The notes beneath the pieces are model-generated. The model was given only the letters and a program-made list of their open reading frames with translations, did not search any database and was not told the DNA's origin. A stretch of 64,000 bases of DNA from Tubulanus polymorphus (taxonomy: Eukaryota > Animalia > Nemertea). The stretch's first letter is position 1. Each line of letters starts with the position of its first letter. The DNA lies in NCBI RefSeq assembly GCF_964204645.1, contig NC_134032.1, forward strand, positions 13,876,275 to 13,940,274, read 5' to 3'. Shown in pieces: positions 25,201 to 39,400 of the stretch. Made by a program: the position numbers and the translations under genes.

Positions 25201-25733
25201 AACTTTTCCAATATCATGGTGAAATAGGCCCGTACTCTGTGTGGTGCAGGCCCAGGCCCAGGGCCTGAGGGTAGCGGAGCGGAGTACGGTCAAGTCAGCC
25301 CACTGCCAACTCGTCCCAACCAACTTGGCCGACCAAGTCAGGGTAGCCGACTCAAAACTGACTTTTCGTTCTGTCGCATTTGTTTTGACTATGGTAAACC
25401 TGCTTAGGTCACAGTAAACCGATATAAACCCATTTCTACCACAAACCAATTTCAAACAAATGAGCCTCTTATCCTCGCTAATTCTGTATGTAAAAGCGAA
25501 CCCGCCAATAGAGGGCGGCATGATCGACGCTTTTGCTACCAGAAAAAAAACAGCGATTTAGAATGGATTTAACGAAGTTTAAAAGCATCAAAATTCCTGT
25601 CAATCGCAATCGAATCTTAGTAAACAAATTAAATTAACTTTTCATCGATATCTAGAGTTTAAAACTGCCCGGCTTTTACCTGTTGAAGCTGTAATCTGTA
25701 ACTATCGACATTCGCTTGAAGTTCCTCCGCCAT
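21491..25733 (-). CDS. SMNDC1: Survival of motor neuron-related splicing factor 30 (Tudor domain), 262 aa
   Basis: Exons 25733-25680, 24926-24861, 24758-24532, 24080-23990, 23000-22918, 22127-22001, 21631-21491. Motifs: YRLQLQQVEAALTTDP; Tudor WKVGDYCLAAWSSDG..YEAIIDEV; QQREYKRKKSQKKAQR; KKSIFASP..GRVGVGTCG. Confidence 0.95.
22219..22259. repeat. (TAA)n microsatellite
   Basis: Read directly from the sequence. Confidence 0.95.
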
Positions 25734-27406
25734 TTTGATTGGTAACAATAACCAACGGTGGACGGACTTCGACACTAAACTGTGGACTTGGATTATATAT
25801 TTTACGGGCTGAACGCCGGTCTACCCGCCGTTGCCAGAACCCGAATAATCAGAATTGGAACACGTGATTCTTAACCAGCTTGGTATACGGGGCGTACAAT
25901 TGGGGTATTCAATGGTTTGCCGGGGTATTTGAACACGCTTCAGATCTGGACAGGATTCACTAGCTGCGTCACGTTCCTCACCGGTTTTCCAGAATTCGTG
26001 GGGTATAGCCGTATAAATCAGAGAAGGCAGAAAACCTCATATCATTGCTGTTTTGCGACTACATTTTTTGTTTGTGTTGTAAAATTTATTTATCCTTTCA
26101 TCAGAAATACACCATACAAAATCTAGTTTGAGTAAACAAAGCCACATCAACTGAAAATTTAAATCTTATATTCAATTCATCACGAGTGACATGCATAATT
26201 TGAGCTGTACTAATTATAAAGAAGTGAATGATAAAAATAGTATTCTTAATATTGCAGCACCAGCACCCGATGCCAGTGAGTCCGAGGTTATATTGTGACG
26301 ACCGCTTAAATAAGGTAAGATTTTATGGTACAATACCAACTAATAAAGATCAGTTTATACAATTCTAAAGTGTATCTTCTCGGGATACCAGATGTGTCAG
26401 TATCCCGCCGCGTCAAAGTTCGGTGGTGGTGGTATACCAGTTTGACTTAAAAGTTTCTAATCAAGAAAACACAATAACGAAATCAGAAATTTCTGTTATC
26501 CTGTAGGGATTATTTCATTTAGATTTTACGTATCCCAACAAAACATCTAAAAGCGATACCGGGATACTGCCGAAATCGAGCTCTAATAATAGACTCAATT
26601 GTAACTTTGACTGGCGTATTCTTAGAGCAGCAAAGCAAGAATTTCATACAAATAAATCTGTCTATATAAGATGGAGAAACGTCCCCACTCTTCTCAGTTA
26701 CAATAAATAATCAATACCAGCAAATTATCAATTCTTTTTACATCACAGCACGTTGAATTACGCATAATTTTCGCATATTTAGCAACAAATTTGCATATGA
26801 TAATAATCGATTTTGTACAAGCACCTTCATTACTTCATCAAATATTTACAACATCGAAGATGCATATTCATAATTAATTCAAAGGAAAACATCATTCTTT
26901 GATGCGGATACGAGCACCTAATCGTTCCGTTGAACGGTAAAAATCCCTGATTATCGTCGAATTCTTTCGAATTTTCTTTCAAAAACTGAAAGCTATTTTC
27001 CAGGGAAAGATAACGATCTCGGCCGGTTCATCGCTAAGCCGATTACGTTCAACGAAATTAAAGTCAATCTTAAGGATAATCCGCGTGGACTGTGTTACCA
27101 GCCGACCCACAAGTGCCGAGTGATAATAATATCACCAACGAACGCATTGGTACTGCGGTGAAAATGTTACCATAGTGATAGTCAACAGCAGGCAGTTTCA
27201 TATCAACGAAAAACTCTGTATCCGGTTCAACTAAAGGAATTTGCTAAATTTGACTTCAGTCGGGAGCCAGATACTCAGCGCTCGATTTAAATAAATTTCA
27301 CTCAATTTCGCGACACCTTGTAGTTGACGGGAATATCAGAATTGAGATCATCGTCTGATTTATTCTTCAAGTTCATTGATATTTATCTAATTAAAGTCCG
27401 TTGTAA

Positions 27407-30400
27407 TTAATATTTATCGCGTCCCGCGAGCGTTTCTGCATTTTCGACTAAACCGTCTTCGTCTTGATCGCGTTTGCTCGTTGTCGGGCTACCGGCCGAT
27501 TGTTGGTGTTTGTATAGTTTTGCTTTGTTTAACGACGGACCTGCAAAGACAAACGTGAATTCGGAAATTTGAAAACTGCAATTTTTTACACGGAGTGACT
27601 TTTCGGAATGCAGAAGGATACTGTCACAGTCAGGGGTGAGAATTTTATCACTGTTAATATTCAAATTACATGTAAAAAGTGTTTCAGGGTGGTGAGCTCA
27701 AGAGAATAAACCAACTTACCGGCATAACTGAGGAACACTGGTAGAAATACAAGTCCGTGCAACGCTCCGAATAGCACAATACCCAAATACATTCGGAAAT
27801 AGAACACTTGGAACAATTGTGATTTCGAGAACGCTAGTACTATTATACCTCCTAACTTAGTCAGCGTAATGCCACTGAACACCTGAAATTCAAACAAGTA
27901 CAAATATGTAAATAACATGTCATACTTCCATTGTTTTTTCCATAATCAGTGTTATTTTTCGAGGTTTGTCTCCTCTTTAAGTACAGCCAGTCAGACTTGG
28001 GGCAAATCCTGGACACATATTCGTACATTCGTGTATAATGTACTTATATTTGTGTATTTGAATTTGTTTTTTGTGTCCACAGTCGATATTTTTGATTTTC
28101 AACAGTTTCCGATTCAGGCAAAATTCCGTATATGTAGCGATTGTAGGACATTTATTTCATTAACGAAATCATCAGTGTCTACACTGTTTACTTACGGAGC
28201 TGCCCATGTGCGATAAGGCGTATTTAGCTCTGGCAACGCGTGATCCTTCGCAGCATATCGCAAAGTCTCTCACGATGTGAGAACAAAATTCTACCGATAT
28301 TCCGACAGCCTACGAACAGAAAAATAAACATTATTTCAGAGTCTTGATTGAAGAATTACTATTTTCTCTAAAATGTGTGAAAAAAAGTTCGCAAATTGGA
28401 TGAAATCTTACCATTACTAAATTAACGAGAGATATAGCGTTCAACGTTATATCCCATAAGTACATTAAACCGAACATGTTGACAATAATCATCGTTATGA
28501 CGATGAGAACGACGGTAGCCGACCACAGGTCAAATCCGAGCAGAATGAACGTAACGCAGAATACAGCGGCGCCACATAGTAGCAGATTATACCACGTGTC
28601 GTGGACGATGAACAGATACTGTTCATAAAATACGTAGAATATACTGAAAAATGGAAAACATTTCAATCAGCGGACATGTTACATGTGAGAATGAGCAGAC
28701 GGACATGTTACATGCGAAAATGGGCAGATGGACATGGTACATGTGAGAATGAGCAGATGGACATGTTACATGTGAGAATGAGCAGACGGACATGTTACAT
28801 GCGAAAATGGGCAGATGGACATGGTACATGTGAGAATGAGCAGACGGACATGTTACATGTACATGTGACCAGACAGATTCAGCTATAAATATGCGGAAAT
28901 AAATTTGAAATCTAACCTGTATGGGAAAACGCGGTATGAGTTATCGGTAACGTTGAGAGTTTTAGTGATATTATCAGCGATATCGTGAGCTGATTGAAGA
29001 GCGCGGATAAAATCTTTAGACGTCTTCAATATCGTATGATACGTCATAAACGACGTTGCTGTAAAACAAAGAAGATAACGTACAAATTTACTTGTTTTCT
29101 AACCAACGCTGACGGTCGGTTTGCAGGTTTCATTTTAAAAGAGTAATATTACAATTTATCCCAGCACCAGGGGCCGGTCGCATAGTCATGCCTTAGACTT
29201 AAGAACAGAGTCTAAGACCAACATAGTTCTATAGCCAATCTAACAATCAAGTCTTAGGATTAAAGACCATTTTTGGACTTAAGTCACGAATGCATCCCGC
29301 CTCAGTAATCTTCTTTATTTTAAGACGTCTCGACACTCAGGCCTTCTTCAGCGATACAACTGTTGTGTATCACCTGCGTATCTTAACGATTGTTTTACCA
29401 ATTTTAAATTCACGCATCTCATTTTGTAAGCCTGAGAGCATATATATGGAATTATGGCAATAAATCATCATCATTGTTATTATCACTTTAATTGCTGAAG
29501 AAGACCTGGATATCGAAATGTCCAAAAATAAAGAAGATCCTTTTGGAAACTATGATTGCAGGGATGAATTTCATTTCTGGATTTTTTAAAACTAACCTCC
29601 GAGTTCTGTTTTATTATTCAGTAGCTCGATCGCGCTACCATACGCGGCATGACCCCTGTAAAAAAAGAAACAGAAAATTAGAATATAATTACTGAAAATA
29701 TTGAAACGTTGAAATTTGATCAACAATGGCACGTACCCCTTGGTGCAAGCAACTCCAGGATTATCTTGCAAAAACCACGGAATATATTTCATGAACGAGT
29801 CTCCAACCGGGCGATTTTGAACGCGGCTGATGTCGCATTTGTGACAAACCTGCGAAGTGTTGGCCGGCTGCAAAACTGAATAAATAGAAAACAGTTCAAC
29901 ACGGTCCCTACAGATTGTTTAATCCTGGATATAAGGAGTTTGAAAGGAGAAAATTTCAAGGAAGCGTCTGCGTGACTATCATATCCCAATTACTCAGTAA
30001 ACCAGTAATTCAGTGGTTTTGTAAGAAAATATCTATCTTACACAACTACTACTAAACTCAGTTTCTAATTCAGTAACCGCCTAATTGGGTGAAAAAAATT
30101 CATGGCTCCAAGTGTACTGATTCAGGCATTGTTTACCGTGCAACTACATGTACAAACATTTCTTAAGATCTATTTCTCAAAATTCAGTTTTGTCAGATTC
30201 AGGCATTCTGCTCAAATTAAAGAGTTTCATTCACCTTTAAAAGCATATTCTCTTTAGGAGTTTCTAAATAAAGGTGTTGTAGGGAACCTATTCAAATACT
30301 GAAGGGGTAGATGACTTGTAATCAGCCCATGGACTGAAAAAGTTTCATCGAAATTCGAAACAGAAAAAAAAATTTAACAACTCGAATTTCATATTACCTG

Positions 30401-33400
30401 TAGCGGGACAGAATTTATTTGGATCCTTGTTGAAGTATCGGCAACACGGGGGCTCACCAATCGGGGACGACCAATCGAAATAATCATCCAACCAGACAGA
30501 GGCTGGTACCGCAATCGACGTACTAGAAAAAATTCAAAATCAATTAAAAATGAAACTGATTAATTGAAGCTAGGAAGCTAAGGGATTTGAACCTGATGGC
30601 ATGGATACTGCCCCTGATGACATCGAGACTGAAATTTGCCTCAGCGATTACACAACAGGCAATCTGAATGGCTTCGGGGCATGTGTCTGTGCATGGGGTC
30701 TAGTGTGGCAGAGTCAAACGATGCTATCAGGTTCGAATCCCTGCAAATGAAGCACGTGGCCGAGTCTGGTTATATCATCAGGTTCGAATGAGGGGGATCA
30801 GTTCTTTTGAATATCTAGAATTCTTGAGAATCACTTACTAAGCCGGGTCCTTAGCGGCAGTCATGATCTGACCGGCTAACGAGTCCTGCGGGCAGCCGCT
30901 GCCTCCGCAGATTTTGTTCTGTCCGTCGTGCGTCGTGTAGTCGTGGCCTCGCTCGACGACGAAGTAAACCGGCGGTCCGACTTTCAGATACTTCGACAAC
31001 GATTCGAAATAATCCAAAACGAACGAATCTTGCGGCATCGACAGTTTCTGATCCAAACCGACTTCAATTTTCGACGTCATAGCGACGCATGCACAGAACC
31101 AACCGGCAAATACGATCACCTATTGAACAAATAAAACAAACTTTGTTAGTCGGATAAACACGGTGGCCATTTTTATTCGATATGATTTTCCCCGACTGTT
31201 CTCTGATAAATCTCTGAATATGTACGTAGTTTTCCTGACTTGATCTGTTCAAATCCAATCAATTAACAGTCAAATAGGTAAGACATAGACAGAAACTGTT
31301 TGATATTTTATCTAGCAATCTCAACAAATTTTCCCTGATTTTTAAATTTAATTTACAAAATTCCTCGAGTACTCTCTCATCCCTGTAGCGAAAATAAAAT
31401 TCCTCGATTTCCAAATAAGTGGCCACCCTGATAAAATTTCAAGCGCCCAAGTCTTGGAGTAATGGAAATACTTTCACTCTAGATTTCATGAATACGCTCG
31501 ACTATTGGTATGCGATAAGGGCATAACTTGTGGCAAGTGAGGATCCCACTGGTGTCAATAGTATCGGACAATGATGCCGAATTTCTTCTCATACTCGATA
31601 AAAATCTATCCATAATTTCTGAAGTTGTGCTACATATGAATCGTTCAGACTAATCAGTGTTTATTGTGAGACAAATTTGAATAATTACTAATGTAAATGC
31701 TAAAATCTAGATACAAGTAAATTTCGTTCATGGGAGGATTATCAATAAAATAAAGACTATAGATAGTGGAACCCCTTATAATGTTATCTTCGTATCATTC
31801 CGCGTAATCGGCCTTGAGGAGCTCTGCTGACCACGCGTTAACAATCTCAATGGTCAACTGATCTAAATCCCTATCATCATCAGCCATAGTGAAAATAAAG
31901 CTGATTTCACTGATAACAAGATAGAAACTTATAAGCTTTCTTGGATAAATGCTTGAAATACTGTGACGGAATCTACCTATTCAGACTATATAGCTGTCAA
32001 AAGTGTCTACCTACCACAAGAGCTCGGACCCAGTCAGCCATTAAAAATCTCGAGTAATAATTCTTGAAGAATTGGAACAGGAAGCCATCTTGATTTTCAA
32101 GGTTTTTCGTCGGCGTAGCTCGAATGCAACAAGCGATGTCGTACCTGTCGGCCTAGCAACAGAAAATTAAATCGAATATCGGTGTTTTCAATTAGACAAC
32201 AATGTGTATGTTTCCGAAGACGTTACTAAGCGACTGTTACCGTACCTTCTGTCGGCGAGCGTCGAAAGACAGGAACGCGACAAACGTCGTAATTTGAAGG
32301 AGGAAATTGAATAAAACGGCCCCAGCCGCGTACAACGAAAACATCTTAACTGCCGGCATTGTTGTAAGAGCTCCTGTAACAATCAGATAATACTCAAATG
32401 AGAAATTATGTTTTTTTTTTAAAGTGAATCATCTTGTAGTTTAGATTTATTCATGAATTAATTTAATTGTTCTTCACTTGCCTAAAAAGAAGGCCAGCGA
32501 CTCCGACGAACTGGTGAGTAACATACTGGGCCCAACTTTACCAACACATCGACCGATCAGCTCTTCCAAAGTGTCGGTACCTTGAACCGCACGCTGAGAA
32601 AAGAAACAAGTTGTTTTAGGACAAATTTTATCGTGAAAAATTTTTTTTTCAAATTCCCCGAGTTTTCACCGATAAGTTCGAACGCACCTGATAAGTTTGA
32701 ACGAGGATGAAGATGTTGTCGACGCCGACGGCGAGCACTAAAAACGGCACGACTTCGATGATGATCAGAGTCATCGGAGTCCCGACGTAACTGAAAAATC
32801 CGAGCGACGCCCCGACCGAGACGAGAACGATCAATACACCAAACAGACCCAACGATACTTTAGAATCAATCTGCAAATAATCAGAAAACACGTCAGACTC
32901 GATACGAAAATATTCATCACTTTTTAGAAATTTCTTTTTCAATATCAGGTAAAACGCCTTAAATGATGTGTCACGAGCTATCCTGCTAAAATTGAGTTCA
33001 GATTCGTTCAACAAGTGACCTCCTGGGCTCAGTTCCATAGTCATGGCTTAGACTTTAGACTTTAGACCAATTTAAGACCATCTTAGTTCTATAACCAATC
33101 TAACAACTTAAGACCAGTCTTAAAATTTAAGACCATTTTTGGACTTTAGTCTCAACTGAGGAACCAGCCCAAGGGGCCGGTTCCATAGTCATGGCTTAGA
33201 CCAGTCTTAGACTAACTTAGTTATATAGCAAATCTAACAACTTAAGACCACTTTCGGACTTAAGTCTCGACTATGAAACTGGCCCCTGGTCTATATGAAA
33301 ATGAGTCCCTTTCCATAGATGAATGGCTGACTGACTCACTTGAAGAAAAAACTGCACAATTACGAAATAAATCTGATAGAGCACCGAAGCTTCGAGCCAT

Positions 33401-36400
33401 CTCAGATTTATTTTCCGATATTATATCCTTATAACTGTAATATAACCGTTATAACTATAATCTTCATATGTAACTATCACTTAGTTTAAATTTTTTTTCT
33501 CAGGGCAATCCCCCTATCAGGCTCAGCCCCTGGGGCTTGGGGTTGTCCTTCTTATATATGTCTATTTATCTATGCAATTATATCCAAAGAAACTATGTTT
33601 ATAGTCTTGTACATATTATAAGTAAATAAATCATTCATTCATTCAACTGCTCTTAGAAAATAAATCTGTACAGAAAATGGCTCATAGGAGTCGAAACATC
33701 AAAATTGTGGGTTTTTCTTCATCATCTTATGAATCTCAATTTTCCAAAGACAAAGTTCAGGTAAGTCTATGAACCTGGGTTGGTATGTATACTTACGAAT
33801 ACGCGTTCACAGTTGGTATAGTTTTCGCCGAGCGCCAAGGAAATATAAATAAACATAATCATGTAACTGATTAGAATAGTCAGCACATCCGATTTACTTT
33901 CACGAGCCAGTTCATCTTCGATCGATCTCTACGAATAGAAATACAAAATAATCACGTACAAAGTGAGAATATTGCTGTTCAGACAAATCAGGGGCCAGTT
34001 CCATAGTCATGGCAAAGACTTAAGACCAGTCTAAGACCAACTTTGTTCTATAGCCAATCTAACAACTAAGACCAGTCTTAAGATTTAAGACCACTTTTGG
34101 ACTTAAGTCACGACTGTGCAACTGGCCCCAGGGGTTAATCTAAATATGAAATCCCACCCTGCGTGAGAAATAAAAGAACAGTTGTTGATACAATGAGATA
34201 AATAATTAGCTTTGAGAAATCATTCTTTCTTAGTGTGAGATTTTATAGTATGATTGCGACATGGACAGTGTGGTTTCATTCCCAGATATTTCTCTGACCC
34301 TTCAACCCGGATTTCACTGATTAGATTATAAAAACATCTTCAGTGATATCAAGAGGTTCTTTGTGCCAGTCGTCAACAGTAAGAACAAGAAGACACTAAA
34401 TATTCAAATTCCCCGATTTTCAACAAAAGATTCAAAAGTCTCTGATTTTCCCTGCATGGAAAAATGATCCTGGAATTTGCCGATTTTCCGTGCTATTTAA
34501 GAACCCTAGAATATAGAAATACTAGGATTCTTACTCAATTACGAAAAGTTTGTTGAGTAAAAGCTACTTGAATGGTATTGATTACATTATCATAACTTTG
34601 GAAACGGGAACTGGAACCAGTAACAGGAGAAAAGAACGATAATTCTTAACTGAAAAATTAATTCTATGTAAAATTGATTACATAGTTATGTTACATGTTA
34701 TCCGACTGATAAGGATAACCGAGGCTCAAGGTCAGAGAGTGAAAACCGGGTTACCAGGGGCGCGATATGATATACCACAACTATTCACTTTATAGCACAC
34801 ACTACTGATAAGATAAAATATGAATCCACTCAATTACCGGTATACTGTGTTCTAAACATATTGCCTTTACGTTACATTATTCTATAAAATTGTCCACTGA
34901 GACAATCCGTCCAACTAACATCAACAGTTACCGAATGGTCAGCAAGTTTAATCACAACTCTATTCAGGGCTCCAGTTTTACAACAAAATTCAATTTATAG
35001 AACTCAACCACTGTGCCTTAAAGATTACGAACTGTATAACTGGGTCTTCAGCGCAGGGACTGTGCCCTAGAGGTCTGGCTCCTGAGCCTGGAAATCTACG
35101 CATGAGGTTTAGAAAGTTGTGAAACTATTTCAAAAGAATGCAACTTTGTTAAGACGAGAAGATACACAATATCTGTGTATGATGATAACGAGAGAAATCC
35201 CACAATAACGAAGCCAAGATAGCCTTTGAACCCTCCGGGCTTTTTTTTAGATTACATTAATCTCGCACTACATCCCCTATTGTTTGTCGTTTGCCTTCTT
35301 TGTTTTCTTCCTTAGTGTTCAGGTTTTTGTTGTTTAATTACTTTAATCTTAATCCTTTAATCTTTATCATTTGTCATATTCTTGTATAAAAATCCTGTTA
35401 TCTTATTTTGTTCTCAGTACGCCTGATGATGGCTAACAGTTGTTAGCCGAAACGTCGCTCCTCAAATATAATCATTCTGTTATAGAATTTTTCAATCTTG
35501 GCTTCGTTATTGTGGGATTTCTCTCGCAACTGTGTAACTGCATGCATCCTTAGAAGTCAAGAATTGGGGTTAGGATAGAAACCAAGTGGTTATTGTTAGA
35601 ATCAGGGGGTGGGGGGGGGGGTGTGGGGCTGGTGAAACTCACCTCAGATGTGAAACTAATCACGAGTTTTTCGTTTTTCTTATCGTTTTTATACTCTTCT
35701 ACGAATCGTACATACTCAGCTTCCCACAACATGGCCATCTTGTAAAGATCGGACGTGGCGTCGATGCTGTTGTTGACGGAGAACGTTATCACGAGGGCCG
35801 TCGCGTCTTTATAATTCTTACCCTTGAACCCGCCGAGCGCGACCCACGGAAACACCGGACCGCCGTACGTTCCTAGACACGACTGATGTAGATCGGGGTC
35901 AGACGTCACCGTCGGTCCTCTACAAAAATAAAAATTTTGGATTTGATTCCGAAGTTGTAGGATGAATTCCAGGTTCAATCAGCAATGTAAGCTAACTGGA
36001 TCCATAGTACTAGGTTCTGGGACTATGAAACTATGTCCTAGTTCAATGAAGTCTAGTAGTTATCTTGAGTACAGTTTCATCAATTTTTGAGTTGCTACAC
36101 GTATAACCAGTGCAGTAGTAACTCAATGATTTCAATGATTCACAATTCAAACTTGACTTGACCGTCTTAAACTAGACCCTTGGCCCATTTTCAAAGTCAT
36201 AACATTTAGTGCTGTCTTGAATCTGAAGACTGGTCTTAAGTTGTTATATTGGCTCAAGAACCAAAATGAGCTTAGATTGGTCTTAATGTGTTAGGTTGGC
36301 TATAGAACCAAATAGAGCTTAGATTGGTCTTAATGTTAGGTTGGTCTTAAGTTTTTAGATTGGATAAAGAACCAATATGAGTTTAGACTGGATTTAAGTT

Positions 36401-39400
36401 GTTAGGTTAGCTATGGAACTAAGATGGTCTTAGACTGGACTCATATCTAAGCCGTGACTGAAACGACAACTAGCCCCTCTTCTCTGGACTTCAATACCCC
36501 ACCACCAGGGGGCGGAATGAGAGGTTGTAAATTACTACACGCACACTTACTGCACGCAACTATCGAAATGTTTAATATAATCAGCGACGACGAAGAATCC
36601 GGATGAATCCGTGACCTCGACTTCGATTGCTGTTTTATTATTCTGCCACCAGTTCAACGGACTCATTATCGCGCACTCGTCGTAGTTCGGCGACAGCGGC
36701 TTGAAACAGATATCCTTCAAACCGATCGTACGATTGTACGGTTCGTACCAAACCGTCAAATTCTGTATCGATAACTGCAGCTCGAGCACCTGAAAATATC
36801 ATCATCCGAGAAAACTAAATAAATATCAAATTCATATCGAATTCATTAACTATCAGGGCCACCTATTGCCCCTGACTTAAGAACGTACGCACAGAAGCTT
36901 TCTAAGGCTTTCTAAGGCTCTTTTTAGTAATCTCAAAATAAATAAGTCTTTTCATGAGGGAATAGTAGTTTAGCCCTAATCAGGGCAGAGTTCAATTATA
37001 CCCAAAAGCAATAGGTACCATATACAACAAACTACTTTCATGTGAAAATTGAGAACAATTAGTTGTTTAGCTCTAATTAGTTAGGGAGGGCCGGAGTTCA
37101 GAGTGGGCTATGGAGGGAGAGCCAGGGGTTCTGAGAGGGCTATGGAGGGCGGGCCAGGGGTTCTGAGTGGGCTATGGAGGGAGGGCCAGGGGTTCTGAGT
37201 GGGCTTACCTTCAGTAGGAATGATTTCTCGAGCACGGGACCATAAGACGTTTTGCCGGAGGCCGGATAATTAGCGTGTAACCAAGCTGTGTCTGTCTGGT
37301 TACGAATGATCAACTGTTCAGTTCGGTAAAATGGTCTGCAACGCGTGCAAGAAAAACAAATACAATCACAATTAATTCACTTCATTCTCAGATTTAAGAA
37401 GTTAAAACACATTGCCCGACGAATACAAGTTATTTCGTAGTTCCGGTTCTGCCATCATTCCCAATAAAAACTGGTTTCGTAAATGATCCCTTTTATTCAC
37501 TCTTCCCTGGCACACGGAAAAAACACAGTTCTTGATTGGCTGCTGGCAATGTGAACAAATTCAGGGCCCAGTTGCACAGTCTTGACTTAAGTCCATAAGT
37601 GGTCTTAAATCTTAAGACTGGTCTTAAGTTGTTAGATCAAGCATAGAACAAAGTTGGTCTTAGACCAGTCTTAAATCTAAGCCATGACTAAACAACCGAC
37701 TCCTGTTTCATTCTCAATGCTCATTGGTCAGTTTTGAACTATGTAACAGCTCTATTGCCAATGTTATGTATAAATGAATGCTAGAAGAACGACGCTATTG
37801 TCGTGGGACGTATCGAAAATAAAACTCAATCATAGCACCATTTTAAATCCGAGTTCATCGAAGCTTGAGGAAAAAATCCAGGGGCCGGTTCCATAGTCAT
37901 GGCCTAGATTTACGACAATTCTAAGACCAACTTAGTTCTATAGCCAGGATAACAACTTAAGTTCTATAGCCAGGATAACAACTTAAGTTCTATAGCCAGA
38001 CTAACAACTTAAGTTCTATAGCCAGACTAACAACTTAAGTTCTATAGCCAGACTAACAACTTAAGTTCTATAGCCAGACTAACAACTTAGTTCTATAGCC
38101 AGACTAACAACTTAAGTTCTATAGCCAGACTAACAACTTAAGATCAGTCTTAAGATTTAAGACCACTTTCGGTCTGAAGTCTCAATTATGGAACCGGGCC
38201 CACGACAAGCGACAAACACGACACCAACTATGGATTAACTTGTAAAAGGGGCAATGCTGTATATAACACTACAGAGTGGCAGAGAATGTGTTAAATGAAA
38301 AACTTACGCAAATTTCTCGTTAAAATAATTACGTTCCAGTCGAGCTTGACTGTCGGGTGAGGACCACAATTCGACGGGATCGGTGATCACCTGGTATAAC
38401 GGAATTCCGCACAGCAGTATTATAGTTACTATCGTACTGATACCGAGCACCCAGATCGGCTTGCGAGCCGCGAACGTACCCCATTTACTGAAAAATTTGA
38501 AAAATAAAATGCTCTTAAACAACCATTGACGAAACTCTAAAAATCTCGCGATAAGATAGTTAAAATAAAGAGTCCTAAATTTTCTTCAGTCAATAATTCA
38601 TTTGACGTTTTAACTTTATCCGTTTTAACTAATCCCCAGGTAACTGAAATCAAGGGATGTTGAAAATTGAAAGTTGAGAGCGTTAAATGAATTTTTGATC
38701 TTTTCTATTATGGTTTTGCCCATCAGGTTCTTAATTTGCGATGTAATTGTATATGAACTGGATTAATTATAGATGATCTAATTAAACCAGTTCTGATCTA
38801 CAGACCAAATCAATTTCAAATGATTAAGGGGGTTGTAATCTATAAAATGAATTTATCTCAAATTATCCCAATCAAACGGGTTCCAATTCATGAATCAAAA
38901 TTCTCGACTTACTTGAAAGCTCGTTCGAGTTTCTCCTCGAATAACATGCCGATTTTCTCGATGCGTCCGATATCGCCGGCTTTTACAATAGGCGGCGGCA
39001 CGTCGTGTCGATATTTACCCTTCATAACGACGGACGCGGTAAACCGGTCCGAGTCGGAGTCCGGCCCCGTCGTCGGCGTCGAATTCATCCCAAACGTGTC
39101 CAAAACGACGATGTGATACCACAATTGAACGGACATAAAAATGAGGAAGAACAACGCGTAAACGATAAACATCACGACGAACATACCGTCCATATTTAAA
39201 ATCAGCCATTCGTACGGTTTGGGCGCCGGTGGCAACGGTACGCACACCTCGACGCAATCCGAACAGCTACACGCGGGCGTCGACGAGTCGACCGCTTCCC
39301 AACACGGGACGGTCGTTCGATTGAACGGCGACATCGTTTCGTTGAACGTCGCGTTCGCCGTGAACGTGAAATAAACCGGGAACGGCGTCACCGGATTGTT

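Noticed and set aside
25021-25521. 166-aa ORF in SMNDC1 intron 1
   Set aside because: No recognisable domain, and SMNDC1 splices in frame without it.
30612-30640. Other CTGATGA occurrences (30614, 42472, 59233, 63123) as hammerheads
   Set aside because: No pairing stem II followed by a correctly placed GAAA and NUH.
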